DNA of 64,000 nt. Source: a virus. This document shows positions 63,275-64,000 of the stretch, piece after piece (position 1 is the stretch's first letter; the number at the start of each line of letters is the position of its first letter). Where the stretch lies: the IMG/VR virus record IMGVR_UViG_3300016476_001289, one strand, 5' to 3'. Both the position numbers and the translations under genes were made by a program. The notes under the pieces were generated by a model. It did not search any database. It had not been told where the DNA came from and worked only from the letters and a program-made list of their open reading frames with translations.

Positions 63275-63588
63275 AGATAACTAATTGACTTAATTGTCTT
63301 TTAGTTATCTTGTCTTTTTTTTGTGGTAGGAGAAAGAAATCTAGCCTTTATTTTGTAGAAATCTAGGGTGGGGTGAAAAACCCAAATTTTTGTATGCGGA
63401 CCCCCCCTATGGTATTTCACCCTAGATTTCTACAAAATAAAGGCTAGATTTCTACATAATAGCCCAATACTCAAATCCTGTAAGTAATTGAAATATCTAA
63501 GATTTTTCACCTGATTTAAAAACTTCACCTAAAACATATATTAAGTATAGGAAATAGCAAATAACAAAAATCATGAAAGGATTTAGCT
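63275..63588. promoter_or_regulatory. terminator, perfect 36-bp inverted repeat junction and rightward promoter arm
   Basis: IR at 63335-63370 / 63418-63453; inverted M2 in the spacer; IHF-like box at 63481; AAAACATA at 63531. Confidence 0.85.
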
Positions 63589-63831
63589 ATGAATTTTGAT
63601 AGTTTAGTTAAAGAACTTACCTTGCTCGGTCTCTTTGAGGATGAATTATATATCCAAGATAATGTAATTCACTTTAAGAATCACTATTTAGAGATTCATT
63701 CAGACCTTTCACTATTCCAAGTTGAAGTTTATGAATACCTAAATGAGCTTAACCCAAGTGGTAAGCTTCAGTTATGCACTATTGAAAGTGTTGATGATGT
63801 TCTTTACTATATGGAAGATGATGATGAATAA
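63589..63831 (+). CDS. acidic cassette protein, paralog of 56373..56621
   Basis: Shared N- and C-terminal motifs and the same terminator hairpin. Confidence 0.7.
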   Translation: MNFDSLVKELTLLGLFEDELYIQDNVIHFKNHYLEIHSDLSLFQVEVYEYLNELNPSGKLQLCTIESVDDVLYYMEDDDE

Positions 63832-63837
63832 AGTATG

Positions 63838-63945
63838 CGACCTAGCTTTTAGCTAGGTTGTGTTTTTTTTGTTTAGGAAGCAAGAAGTCTATTACACCCC
63901 CTAGCAGATAAAGAAATCTAGCCTCTATTATGTAGAAATCTAAGG
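63838..63945 (+). terminator. cassette end: terminator and M1 pair
   Basis: cctagcttttagctagg plus T-run; downstream 70 bp nearly identical to 34110-34190. Confidence 0.75.
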
Positions 63946-64000
63946 GGGGGTTAAAAAAATTTCTGCGCTAAAGCTATATAGATTAAAACGACTATACAGA

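Noticed and set aside
56622-63588. Junctions as integron attC sites
   Set aside because: No RYYYAAC/GTTRRRY ends, cassettes carry their own promoters and occur in both orientations, and no IntI is present

Overview
AT-rich, gene-dense segment of what looks like a large (jumbo-type) bacteriophage genome, standard genetic code; no rRNA, tRNA or CRISPR array recognised. Recognisable genes: a giant SNF2-family ATPase, a probable ssDNA-binding protein, two LamG proteins (one with an inserted PA14 domain), a lytic transglycosylase, three tandem type IB topoisomerase-fold proteins, groES/groES-like/groEL plus a degenerate second GroEL, an ADP-ribose set (ART-like, NUDIX, ADP-ribosylglycohydrolase, DarG-like macrodomain), an N6-adenine methyltransferase, three multi-HTH proteins and two expanded paralog families. 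The most striking signal is non-coding. Five islands of small genes (about 14.6-22.2, 31.4-34.2, around 47, 55.5-57.5 and 61.35-64 kb) are built from units bounded by a repeated motif set: M1 TGTAGAAATCTAG (about 37 copies of the 10-mer core by eye) and M2 GGGTCCGCATAC (about 16 copies). Thirteen promoter-side arms share a fixed geometry: M1, 24-25 bp, an IHF-consensus-like box, exactly 37 bp, AAAACATA, then leader, SD and ORF. Duplicated cassettes, a perfect 36-bp inverted repeat and covarying hairpins suggest a protein-bound regulatory or recombination cassette system, possibly linked to the adjacent Topo-IB trio (inference). All counts and family calls were made by eye, without database searches.
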